In this document: positions 30,198 through 39,093 of the stretch, in pieces | How the letters are laid out: each line of letters opens with the position of its first letter | How positions within the stretch are numbered: the stretch's first letter is position 1 | Source of the DNA: Campylobacteraceae bacterium | GTDB lineage: Bacteria; Campylobacterota; Campylobacteria; Campylobacterales; JALSKU01 | DNA: 64,000 bases | NCBI GenBank assembly: GCA_026993075.1 | Contig: JALWUQ010000088.1 | Location: 3,700 to 67,699, forward strand | Direction of reading: 5' to 3' | Made by a program: the position numbers and the translations under genes | Notes under the pieces: generated by a model | What the model saw: only the letters and a program-made list of their open reading frames with translations | The model's database searches: none | Told to the model about the DNA's origin: nothing

Positions 30198-30619
30198 AAT
30201 ATTTTATAATTTTTATACTATTGATAATTTATGAATCAATAAGCTCTATTTATTTATTTTTTACTCCACTTTTTGGTGTTTCTTTTTACTTCATATTGAC
30301 CAATATAAATAAAAAAAACTGTATATTTCCTGTTACATTGGCATTTATATATATATTTATTTTTGAAATAGATAAAGGCTTTATACCATTTTCTTTTATT
30401 ATATTTTTCATAATATATTATTTTTTTATTTTTCATAAAATTAATAATTTTTTTAGTGAAAAAAATTATAGAATTTTTTTTCATATTATTAATGCTTATA
30501 TCGGTTATTATTTTGTAAATTTGATTTTAGATTATTTATTTAATTTTGCAATTCCATCTTTAAATTTTATATATTTATTATATATAGTATCAGATATATT
30601 GGTAGCGGTTCTGATATGA
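30164..30619 (+). CDS. Small polytopic membrane protein, possibly MreD-like
   Basis: Very hydrophobic F/I/Y-rich ORF whose stop overlaps the mrdA ATG (ATGA). The assignment rests on context only. The true start is uncertain because the ORF-track TTG 30128 lies inside the GNAT gene. Confidence 0.35.
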   Translation: MQRDSIYKKNLKYFIIFILLIIYESISSIYLFFTPLFGVSFYFILTNINKKNCIFPVTLAFIYIFIFEIDKGFIPFSFIIFFIIYYFFIFHKINNFFSEKNYRIFFHIINAYIGYYFVNLILDYLFNFAIPSLNFIYLLYIVSDILVAVLI

Positions 30620-32406
30620 GAGAAAAAATTGCCATAAGCTTTTTTGTTGCTATTTTGCTTATTTTATTAACAAGAGTTTACTATATATCAGTAAAATCGC
30701 ATGTTTTGTACGCACAAATAGCAAAAAATAATATAACTAAAACTGAAGATATATCTCCTCAAAGAGGTATAATAAGAGATAGAAATGCAATTGCACTTGC
30801 TGTAAATAAGTTAGGTTTTAGTATTGCATTGGCTCCACATTTAAGAGGAAAATCAAAATTTGCTATATTCAATAAAGAAATAAGTAAAATTTCAAAATAC
30901 TTTCCAAAGTATAAAAAAGAGTATTTGAAAAAAGAGTATTTGAAAAAAGACTCACCTTATGTTCATAAATATGTTAAAGTAATCAGTTTTCTATCTTATG
31001 ATAAATTGATACCGTATTTTTCAGAAATATCACTTGATCCATATATAAAAATTGCATCTGCATCAAAAAGATATTATCCTTATGGTAAACTTTTATCTCA
31101 CATTATAGGATATGTATCAAAAGCCAATATAAGAGATATAAGGCATGATAAGGTAGCTAGTTTAACTGGTTTTATCGGAAAAACTGCTATAGAAAAATAT
31201 TATAATAAAGTTCTTGAGGGGACACCCGGTATTAAAATCACAGAAGTATCCGCATACAATAAAGAAGTAAAAGTTTTAAAAAAAGTTATGCCTACTAAGA
31301 AAAATATTACACTAAATATAGATGTTAGACTTGAAGAATACATATCAAAGTTATTTAAAGGAAAAACAGGTGCTATTATCGTTATGAATGCAAAAACAGG
31401 TGCTATCATAGCTGCTGACTCATACCCAGGATTTGATCCAAATGAGTTTGTAAATGGCATAAGTTACAAAGAGTGGAAAAAAATATCTACAGATTTTAAC
31501 CATCCATTTACAAATAAGTTGATAAATGGACTATATCCTCCCGGCTCTATCGTAAAGCCTGGAGTTGCACTATCGTTTTTAGACAGTAGATATATCAATA
31601 AAAATACAATATTTTTTGATCCGGGATTTATAGAATTAGGAGGCAGAAAGTTTAGATGCTGGAAAAAAGATGGACATGGTAAAGTAAATATAATAAAAGC
31701 GATACGAGAGAGTTGTGATGTTTATTTTTATAAAGGAAGCTTAAAAGTTGGAATTGACAGAATGTCTAAAACTCTTACAAGATTTGGATTTGGACAAAGA
31801 ACAGGAGTTGATTTGCCAAATGAATCAGTAGGTATATTACCATCAAGAAAATGGAAACTTAAAAAATATGGAAAACCATGGTTTCAAGGCGAAACAGTAA
31901 TAAGTGCGATAGGGCAGGGTTATTTTTTGGTAACTCCTATGCAAATAGCTAAATATACGGCTATATTGGCAACAGGTAAATCTGTAACCCCACATTTTAT
32001 TTATAAAATTGGAAATAAAAAAATACTTTATCAAGAAAAACCATTATTTAGCAAAAAAGAAAATAGATATTTAAGAACTATTAGAAAAGGTATGTACGAA
32101 GTTGCAAATTCACCTCATGGTACTGCGATGTATTATCTTCATAGGTGTAAAGTAACATTGGCAGCTAAAACAGGAACTGCCCAAATAGTAGGGATCCCTC
32201 AAGAAGAAAAAAAAAGAATGAAAGAGGATGAATTGACATATTTTAAAAGATCACAAGCTTGGCTTACAACATATGGCCCATATAAAAATCCTCAGTATGT
32301 CGTTACTGTGCTTGTAGAACACGGAGGACATGGAGGCTCAGCCGCAGGTCCAATGGTATCAAAAATTTTTAATAAACTCTTGAAATTGGGTTATATCAAA
32401 AATTAA
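30616..32406 (+). CDS. mrdA: Penicillin-binding protein 2 (peptidoglycan D,D-transpeptidase)
   Basis: N-terminal anchor plus dimerisation domain (RG.I.DRN...LA) and transpeptidase motifs (PGSIVKP ~ SxxK, SCD ~ SxN, KTGTAQ ~ KTG). Confidence 0.9.
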   Translation: MREKIAISFFVAILLILLTRVYYISVKSHVLYAQIAKNNITKTEDISPQRGIIRDRNAIALAVNKLGFSIALAPHLRGKSKFAIFNKEISKISKYFPKYKKEYLKKEYLKKDSPYVHKYVKVISFLSYDKLIPYFSEISLDPYIKIASASKRYYPYGKLLSHIIGYVSKANIRDIRHDKVASLTGFIGKTAIEKYYNKVLEGTPGIKITEVSAYNKEVKVLKKVMPTKKNITLNIDVRLEEYISKLFKGKTGAIIVMNAKTGAIIAADSYPGFDPNEFVNGISYKEWKKISTDFNHPFTNKLINGLYPPGSIVKPGVALSFLDSRYINKNTIFFDPGFIELGGRKFRCWKKDGHGKVNIIKAIRESCDVYFYKGSLKVGIDRMSKTLTRFGFGQRTGVDLPNESVGILPSRKWKLKKYGKPWFQGETVISAIGQGYFLVTPMQIAKYTAILATGKSVTPHFIYKIGNKKILYQEKPLFSKKENRYLRTIRKGMYEVANSPHGTAMYYLHRCKVTLAAKTGTAQIVGIPQEEKKRMKEDELTYFKRSQAWLTTYGPYKNPQYVVTVLVEHGGHGGSAAGPMVSKIFNKLLKLGYIKN

Positions 32407-33341
32407 TGAGGCAAATAAATAGTGTGTTCAATAACCAATGCCATCATAGCCAGCAAAACGATACCAGCAGATTTTGAGTAAAGTCTGTTTGCCATAATAA
32501 AAACCAACATCATTGAAAGAATAAGAACTGCAGCAATATCAAATAAATTTTTTAATGGATTTATATGTAAAGGATTTATTAACGAGGACGCACCTAATAC
32601 CATAGTAAAATTTGCAACATTTGAGCCAATTATATTGCCGATTGCCATATCTGCATTTCCTTTTTTTGCAGCTTTAATACTAACAACAAGTTCCGGAAGA
32701 CTTGTTCCAAATGCTATCAACAGAAGTGCAATATTCCATTCGCTGACTCCAAGATTTCTTGCTATATTTGAAGCACTTTCAATAGTAAAATTTGCACCCC
32801 CTATAACTAATACAAATCCAGTTATAAGTAAAATAATAGTTTTGAGCCAGTTAAATTTTTCTTTTATTAGTGAGTGATTTATCTCTTTTGTTAACTCCTT
32901 GACATCATTAACTAAAAAAATAAGATAAGCTATCATGACAAGCAAAAATAAAAATCCGTCAAACCGGCTAATACTGCCATTAAAAATCATAACAATAAAT
33001 ATAAAAACCGGAAACAAAGCCCATGCACTATCTTTTTTAAATAAATCTCTTTTTGGAGATATATTTTTGGCTATTAAGAAAACAAGTCCCAAAACCAATG
33101 ATATATTAAATATAACACTGCCTATAACATTTGCTACTGCCATATCACTTTTATGATAATAACTTGCGGTCATAGAAGCAGCCATCTCTGGTAGGCTTGT
33201 ACCAAAGGCAACAAGTGAAGCTCCTATAACAAATGATGAAATATTAAAGTGTAGTGCAATCCTTTCAGATTCATTAACAATAAAATCTGCACCATATATC
33301 AAAGAAGCAAGAGATAAGACAAATACAATATATTCCATCAT
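32403..33341 (-). CDS. Ca2+/Na+ antiporter, CaCA (YrbG-like) family
   Basis: Two alpha-repeats with GTSLPE (AFGTSLPEMAAS and AFGTSLPELVVS), polytopic, 312 aa. Confidence 0.8.
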   Translation of the reverse strand: MMEYIVFVLSLASLIYGADFIVNESERIALHFNISSFVIGASLVAFGTSLPEMAASMTASYYHKSDMAVANVIGSVIFNISLVLGLVFLIAKNISPKRDLFKKDSAWALFPVFIFIVMIFNGSISRFDGFLFLLVMIAYLIFLVNDVKELTKEINHSLIKEKFNWLKTIILLITGFVLVIGGANFTIESASNIARNLGVSEWNIALLLIAFGTSLPELVVSIKAAKKGNADMAIGNIIGSNVANFTMVLGASSLINPLHINPLKNLFDIAAVLILSMMLVFIMANRLYSKSAGIVLLAMMALVIEHTIYLPH

Positions 33342-33754
33342 TGATTTCTTATAATAAGACTTTTAGGAAGTGAAAACTTTTTTATTATATACTCTTCTTT
33401 TTTTCTCATCTCACCATTGTCTACCTCATGATCATAGCCCAATAAATGTAATAATCCGTGTAAAAACAAAAGTGTAAATTCATCATTCTTGTTATGTTTG
33501 TATATATTAGCATTTTCTTTTACTTTGTCAATATTTATAACTATTGATCCCAAAGGTGAATGTGGATATTTTTGAAGAGGAAAACTAAGGACATCTGTAC
33601 TTTTATCTATATTTCTAAAATTTCTATTAAACTCTTGAATCTCTTTTGAATCTGTAAGAATTAGCTCAATCTGTTCGCTACATAAAGAATTTAAAATATT
33701 TTTACAATTATCCAAATCCATAACATCATGTACTCTATTATCAAAATCGATCAA
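33338..33754 (-). CDS. ybeY: rRNA maturation endoribonuclease YbeY
   Basis: Zinc motif HGLLHLLGYDHE, 138 aa. Confidence 0.9.
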   Translation of the reverse strand: MIDFDNRVHDVMDLDNCKNILNSLCSEQIELILTDSKEIQEFNRNFRNIDKSTDVLSFPLQKYPHSPLGSIVINIDKVKENANIYKHNKNDEFTLLFLHGLLHLLGYDHEVDNGEMRKKEEYIIKKFSLPKSLIIRNQ

Positions 33755-33781
33755 ATTACCACCTTATGCCAAATTACTTTA

Positions 33782-33814
33782 TTTTATCCATCTTTATATA
33801 AAAGATGGATAAAA
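33782..33814. other. Perfect 14-bp-stem hairpin downstream of the TRAP operon
   Basis: TTTTATCCATCTTT-atata-AAAGATGGATAAAA, located 7 nt after the dctM stop on the minus strand. The T and A runs are part of the stem, so its role as a terminator is unclear. Confidence 0.4.
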
Positions 33815-33820
33815 AATGAG

Positions 33821-35188
33821 CTAAGTGTGAAATCCATAAAAGCCAGGAAATATAACAACTGATGCCAAGACAAGTATCTGTAATGTTATAAAAGGAATAA
33901 CACCCTTGTAAATGTCTGTTGTTCTTACGCTAGGTGGCGCTACTCCTTTGAGATAAAACAGTGAAAAACCAAACGGAGGTGTTAAAAATGATGTTTGTAA
34001 ATTTAGTGCTATTAAGATTGCAAACCATAGCGGATTTAATCCTATAGTGTGGGCAATTGGTAAAAGTATAGGTACAACTATATAAGAAATTTCTATAAAA
34101 TCGATAAAAAATCCCAAAAACATAATTGCCAGCATAGAGAGGATTAAAAAACCCCATTTAGCTCCTGGTAGATGAGTCATAAATTGTGCTGTTAAATCAT
34201 CTGCTCCACTGTATACAAAAACCATAGAAAATGCTGTTGCTCCAATTAATATTGCAAAAACCATTGCTGTTATCTTAATCGTGCCAAGTGATGATTCTTG
34301 AATCATTTTAATATTTAGTTTTCCATAACCAAAGGCTAAAAGCATTGCTCCTACTGATCCTACAGAGGCTGATTCGGTAGGAGTTGCAATTCCTGCAAAG
34401 ATAGATCCTAAAACTAAAATAATTAAAACCAAAGGAGGTATAATACTTATAAGAGCTTTTTTTATATTTTGTGCTTTTGTTATACTTTCATCTATTTCAA
34501 CTGCTGGAGCTACATCTTTATCCAAATAAGCAACAATAAGTATATAAATAACATAAACGGCAACAAGTACAAGTCCAGGAAAAAAAGCAAATTTAAATAA
34601 ATCACCGACAGGAAGTTGAAAAACATCACCTAAAACAATAAGAACTATTGAAGGAGGTATTATCTGCCCCAATGTTCCTGCTGCACATATTGTACCGGTA
34701 CTCAGCTTTTTTGAATAACCGTGTTTTAGCATGATAGGAAGAGAAATAACTCCCATAGCAACAACACTTGCTCCTACAACTCCTGTTGATGCGGCGAGTA
34801 AAGCTCCTATTAAAACTGTACTGACTGCCAACCCACCTCTAACTTTTCCAAAAAGAACACCCATTGATTCAAGTAATCTTGTAGCAAGATCAGACTTTTG
34901 TAAAACTATACCCATATATATAAAAAGTGGTACAGCCATAAGAATTTTGTTTGTCATAATAGAATAAATTCTAAAAGGCATCATAGCAAACATAGATAAA
35001 AATTCATCTGTAAAATCTGCCATGCTCCAGCCTGAAAAAAAATGTAGTATAGTCCAATGATCTGGAACAATATTTAAAAAAGCGGCAATTGCCCCAAAAA
35101 ACATTGCAACCGCACCAAAAGTAAAAGCGACTGGATACCCTACTACTAAAAGTATTAACGCTGCCGCAAACATTATAAGGCCAGTCAC
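33821..35188 (-). CDS. dctM: TRAP transporter large permease subunit
   Basis: 455-aa polytopic protein with a typical DctM composition. It overlaps the upstream small permease gene. Confidence 0.9.
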   Translation of the reverse strand: MTGLIMFAAALILLVVGYPVAFTFGAVAMFFGAIAAFLNIVPDHWTILHFFSGWSMADFTDEFLSMFAMMPFRIYSIMTNKILMAVPLFIYMGIVLQKSDLATRLLESMGVLFGKVRGGLAVSTVLIGALLAASTGVVGASVVAMGVISLPIMLKHGYSKKLSTGTICAAGTLGQIIPPSIVLIVLGDVFQLPVGDLFKFAFFPGLVLVAVYVIYILIVAYLDKDVAPAVEIDESITKAQNIKKALISIIPPLVLIILVLGSIFAGIATPTESASVGSVGAMLLAFGYGKLNIKMIQESSLGTIKITAMVFAILIGATAFSMVFVYSGADDLTAQFMTHLPGAKWGFLILSMLAIMFLGFFIDFIEISYIVVPILLPIAHTIGLNPLWFAILIALNLQTSFLTPPFGFSLFYLKGVAPPSVRTTDIYKGVIPFITLQILVLASVVIFPGFYGFHT

Positions 35189-35724
35189 GATAATGCTCCT
35201 TCTGGATCTTCTTGAGGTAAATCCTCATAGCCTCTATATATATTTATATTCTTAATAATATAGTGAAATGCTTCTATTAGTAATATTGAAAAAGACAGTG
35301 GAATCATAGCTTTTATCATCCATAAATGTTTTAATCCTCCAGGATCACTGGAGACTTCATTGGTTGTATAAGAATCCATGACAAAAGGAATAGAGCCATA
35401 TATAATCAAAATAATAAATGGAAGCAAGAATATTATAGTACCGATTATATTTATCATAGCCTTTGTTTTGATACTAAGCCTATCATAAACAAAATCCACT
35501 CTAACATGGGCATCCTCTTTTAGTGAATAAGATACCCCAAAAAGTATCACTATTGAAAAAAAATGCCACTCCATTTCTTGCATAGCTATGGAACTGTTAT
35601 GAAATACATATCTCATAATAACATCATAAAAAACATTAAGTATCATAAGAAGTAGCATAACGACTAAAATATTGCCCAGTATATCAATAAATTTATTGAG
35701 TATTTTTTCTATAGTTATTAGCAT
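35185..35724 (-). CDS. dctQ: TRAP transporter small permease subunit
   Basis: 179 aa, 4 TM helices, positioned between the DctP-like and DctM genes. Confidence 0.8.
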   Translation of the reverse strand: MLITIEKILNKFIDILGNILVVMLLLMILNVFYDVIMRYVFHNSSIAMQEMEWHFFSIVILFGVSYSLKEDAHVRVDFVYDRLSIKTKAMINIIGTIIFLLPFIILIIYGSIPFVMDSYTTNEVSSDPGGLKHLWMIKAMIPLSFSILLIEAFHYIIKNINIYRGYEDLPQEDPEGALS

Positions 35725-35749
35725 TATTAATCTCTTTGATTTATTTTGG

Positions 35750-35771
35750 TTGGCCGGTTAATACCGGCCAA
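35750..35771. promoter_or_regulatory. GC-rich intra-operon hairpin between dctP and dctQ
   Basis: TTGGCCGGT-taat-ACCGGCCAA is a 9-bp GC-rich stem in an AT-rich genome. It lies 10 nt after the dctP stop and has no U-tract. Confidence 0.5.
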
Positions 35772-35781
35772 AGTGGAAAGA

Positions 35782-36858
35782 TTATTTTCCAGCTCCAACT
35801 TCTTTTGAAGCTTTCAAATAGTAGTATTCGCTCATCATTGTCCAAACTCTAGCTTTTTTCAAATAAGCTTGATAATCTGTCCAAATCTCTTTAAATAATT
35901 TATTTTTTTGTGCATAAGAATTCATAACTTCATCTGTAGCTTTTTTCATAGCTTTTAAAACAGGTATAGGGAATGATTTAACTTTTATATTAGGATATTG
36001 TTTCTTCATTTTTTGCCAAGCTGTTACACTTTTTGCAAAATTTTCTATAAACATATCAGCTGCTGCTGCTTTCATAGCAGTTGTAAGCATAACTTTATAT
36101 TTTTTTGGAAGCTTATTAAAAGCCTTTTTATTTACCAAAAATTGCATTTCACTTGCTGGTTCATGCCATCCGGTATAATAATAAGGTGCAACTTTATAAA
36201 AACCCATTTTAATATCCATTGCCGGTCCAACCCACTCTAAAGCATCGATTGTACCACGATCAAGTGAAGTATAAAGTTCACCTGCAGGAATATTTACAAC
36301 ATTTACGCCAAGTCTTGCCATAACCTTTCCGGCAAATCCGGGAATTCTCATCTTGAGACCTTTTAAGTCTTTTACACTTTTAATCTCTTTTCTAAACCAA
36401 CCACCCATTTGAACTCCTGTGTTACCAGCTGGGAAGCTGTAAACTCCAAATTTATCATAAACTTTTTTCATATATTTCATACCGTTTCCATAGTAGAACC
36501 AGGCATATTGTTCAGCAGTCGTCATACCCCAAGGAACTGTTGTAAACCATACAGTATTTGGGTCTTTACCTATCCAGTAATAAGAACCGCTATTTCCCAT
36601 TTGATATGAACCACTTTTTACCATATCGAGTACACCAAGAGCAGCTTTTGTTTTTTCAGAACCTTCTACTCTTATGATAAATTTACCATGACTCATCTCT
36701 TTCATCCATTTTGCAACTTCAAGAGCAGGAGAAGCAAGAGGGGTTAAATTTGATGGCCAGCTAAGTGCCATTCTCCACCTAATTGTTTTTGCCGATGCGG
36801 GTAAAGCAATTAGCAAAAAAGCACTGAGAAGCATTAAAATCTTAAAACTTTTCTTCAT
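35782..36858 (-). CDS. dctP: TRAP transporter substrate-binding protein (DctP family)
   Basis: Signal peptide (LLSAFLLIALPASA), 358 aa, and an operon with dctQM. Confidence 0.85.
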   Translation of the reverse strand: MKKSFKILMLLSAFLLIALPASAKTIRWRMALSWPSNLTPLASPALEVAKWMKEMSHGKFIIRVEGSEKTKAALGVLDMVKSGSYQMGNSGSYYWIGKDPNTVWFTTVPWGMTTAEQYAWFYYGNGMKYMKKVYDKFGVYSFPAGNTGVQMGGWFRKEIKSVKDLKGLKMRIPGFAGKVMARLGVNVVNIPAGELYTSLDRGTIDALEWVGPAMDIKMGFYKVAPYYYTGWHEPASEMQFLVNKKAFNKLPKKYKVMLTTAMKAAAADMFIENFAKSVTAWQKMKKQYPNIKVKSFPIPVLKAMKKATDEVMNSYAQKNKLFKEIWTDYQAYLKKARVWTMMSEYYYLKASKEVGAGK

Positions 36859-36910
36859 ATTTTTCCTTTATAATAAATTTTAATTATTGTATAGGAATAA
36901 ACTTTAAAAT

Positions 36911-38077
36911 CTAATAAAATGCGGCAATAACGGCATAACTTAAGAAAAGCATCAAGTGGGAAAGTCCTTCAAAATAATTTGTTTCACCATCATCTGTAGT
37001 TTTCCAAGCTAAAATCACAGTAAATATCAATGCTCCAACTTGAAGTGAATTAAAATTTAATGTTAAATTTATGTTTACCATATAACCTAAGAAAAGAAGA
37101 ATTGGAACAGTCAAAAGTATTGAAACAGTCGATGCCCCCATTGCTATATTGATAACCCTTTGGATTTGATCATTTTTGGCTGCTTTTATGGCTGTAAAAA
37201 TTTCTGGAGTTACACTTATGATAGCTATAAGCAAACCTGCAATTCCAGTGGATATACCATAACTTTTAAAAAGCGGAAGACTGGTGGTTGCAAAAATTTC
37301 TGCCATTACGCCAATAATAAAAATCAAAATAAACATAGATAAAAAATTAAACATTTTCGGTAGTTTGTCAAATATATATATACTACTGTGATCCTCTTCT
37401 GTATCACCATTTTCCAAGTGTTCTTTTATCATTTTTTTATATCTGAAAATTCTGCTTCTTGCAGTTGATTTAAAAAAATGTGTATGTGTTTTTGTTTGAA
37501 ATATTAAAATAACTATATAAAATAAAAGCAGTATAAAAGCAATAGTCAAGCTTGCCTGCTTGATGATTTCGCCACCATGTCTTGTGTAATCCAATATACC
37601 AGGAACTAAAAGAGTAAGTGATGAAACATAAAGTATAGTTGTGTAAGTACTTGAAGTATCTTCATTGTGTTGTTGTTCTTTAAAAGATAAACCACCTATA
37701 AAAACAGATAATCCCAAAAGTACATTCATATCAACCAAAACTGCTGAAATTATACCTCCTTTTACTGTTTCAATGGCATCTGGGTTTTGTGTGCTTTGCA
37801 AAAGAATACTAAAAAGCAATATAATTTCTACAACTACTGCTGAAATTGTAAGTAAAAAACTTCCATAAGGCTCACTTATTTTATGGGCTAAAATCTCAGC
37901 AATTTCTGAAACTGTTATAGAAAGTAACCCGATGGATAATGCAGAAAATATAGTGTCTAATCCACCTATTTGAATATGATTAAAATATAATGCAAAAACC
38001 GCAGTTATTATGCCTAAGACTAAATCCCAATATTCTCTTATATAGCTATTGCTACTCGAGTCGGGTTCTTCACTCAT
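36911..38077 (-). CDS. Ca2+/H+ (cation/proton) antiporter, ChaA/CAX-like
   Basis: Polytopic 388-aa protein with two acidic-residue-containing repeats (TVSEIAEILAH..., ISVTPEIFTAIKAA...) separated by a hydrophilic loop. Confidence 0.6.
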   Translation of the reverse strand: MSEEPDSSSNSYIREYWDLVLGIITAVFALYFNHIQIGGLDTIFSALSIGLLSITVSEIAEILAHKISEPYGSFLLTISAVVVEIILLFSILLQSTQNPDAIETVKGGIISAVLVDMNVLLGLSVFIGGLSFKEQQHNEDTSSTYTTILYVSSLTLLVPGILDYTRHGGEIIKQASLTIAFILLLFYIVILIFQTKTHTHFFKSTARSRIFRYKKMIKEHLENGDTEEDHSSIYIFDKLPKMFNFLSMFILIFIIGVMAEIFATTSLPLFKSYGISTGIAGLLIAIISVTPEIFTAIKAAKNDQIQRVINIAMGASTVSILLTVPILLFLGYMVNINLTLNFNSLQVGALIFTVILAWKTTDDGETNYFEGLSHLMLFLSYAVIAAFY

Positions 38078-38097
38078 TTTTTGTGTCCTTCTTGGTT

Positions 38098-39093
38098 TTA
38101 AAATAAAGTTTTTTGTTTTTGTTTTTTTGTGATATAAGCAAATATATCATCTTTTTCCTTTTTTAAAATAAGATAAAAATTATAATTATTATCTTTAATT
38201 TTAAAAATATCATTCATATTGTCATAATTAATAATTTCAAAAATATTATCTGTAAAAATATTATTTTTTGGTAACATTAAACAACTTTTTGCATATCTTG
38301 CATAAGTATTTAGATATATCATCTCTTTACTTATTAGACTTAAATCTTTTTCTATCAGTAGCACTTTATTAGTTGACCCAAAGTCTTTAATATTTAAGTT
38401 TTTATCTATAAATACTGGTTCAAAATGCTCTTGTAAATAAATATCTGTAATAGAGTAGGCTATATTGTTTATTTGTAAAAAGTTTATAGCATTATTTAAA
38501 AAATGAAGGAATATTTTAGGAATTTTAATATTTTTATAGAAAATATCATTTATTATAAAATCAGATTCAAAAAGTGAATACTTTACTAAATTTATATGAT
38601 TTTTATCACTTTTTTTTATAGATGTGATGTCAGGGTTAATGCTACTTGTAAAATCTTTGTTATTTGAAATAAAAATAGAGCTATTATCAGCATTCATCAT
38701 TTTTGAAAAATTATCGAATAAACTTTTATCCAAGAAAATTACATTTTTATCATTGATCAACTGTTTTAATATCTGAAAAACTATATCATGACAATAAAAA
38801 ATCTTTAAAGATACCTGAATGGTTTTATATCTTAGATATCTAATAATAGTTTTTTCAATATTTGCAACTTTTATCCAGGCAATTTCTTTATCAATAATAT
38901 CAAAATTTTCTGAAAATATAATTGCGTAAGCTCCATTGTTTATAGCATTATGTAAATCATCTTTATTGAGGCACAAAAAAGCATCTGCTCTTTTAACTTT
39001 TTTTGCATCTATTCTGATTTGATCAATAAAAGAAACAGACGGTAAATTTAGTAGTTTACCGTCAATTACTTTAATTAAGTTTTCTATTCTCAT
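38098..39093 (-). CDS. Hypothetical protein with a MurF-like N-terminal domain but no ATP-binding P-loop
   Basis: The N-terminus (L..VIDGKL.....V.F..I.ID.KKVKR.DAF.CL......H.AI..GAYAIIF) resembles the Mur ligase N-terminal domain. No GxxGKT/S occurs anywhere. The start overlaps the metG stop. Confidence 0.4.
   Translation of the reverse strand: MRIENLIKVIDGKLLNLPSVSFIDQIRIDAKKVKRADAFLCLNKDDLHNAINNGAYAIIFSENFDIIDKEIAWIKVANIEKTIIRYLRYKTIQVSLKIFYCHDIVFQILKQLINDKNVIFLDKSLFDNFSKMMNADNSSIFISNNKDFTSSINPDITSIKKSDKNHINLVKYSLFESDFIINDIFYKNIKIPKIFLHFLNNAINFLQINNIAYSITDIYLQEHFEPVFIDKNLNIKDFGSTNKVLLIEKDLSLISKEMIYLNTYARYAKSCLMLPKNNIFTDNIFEIINYDNMNDIFKIKDNNYNFYLILKKEKDDIFAYITKKQKQKTLF

Noticed and set aside
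30919-30948. Tandem 15-nt direct repeat (GAGTATTTGAAAAAA x2)
   Set aside because: It is an in-frame duplication inside mrdA, encoding EYLKK-EYLKK in the non-catalytic N-terminal region. It has only two units and no spacers, so it is not a CRISPR array or a regulatory repeat.
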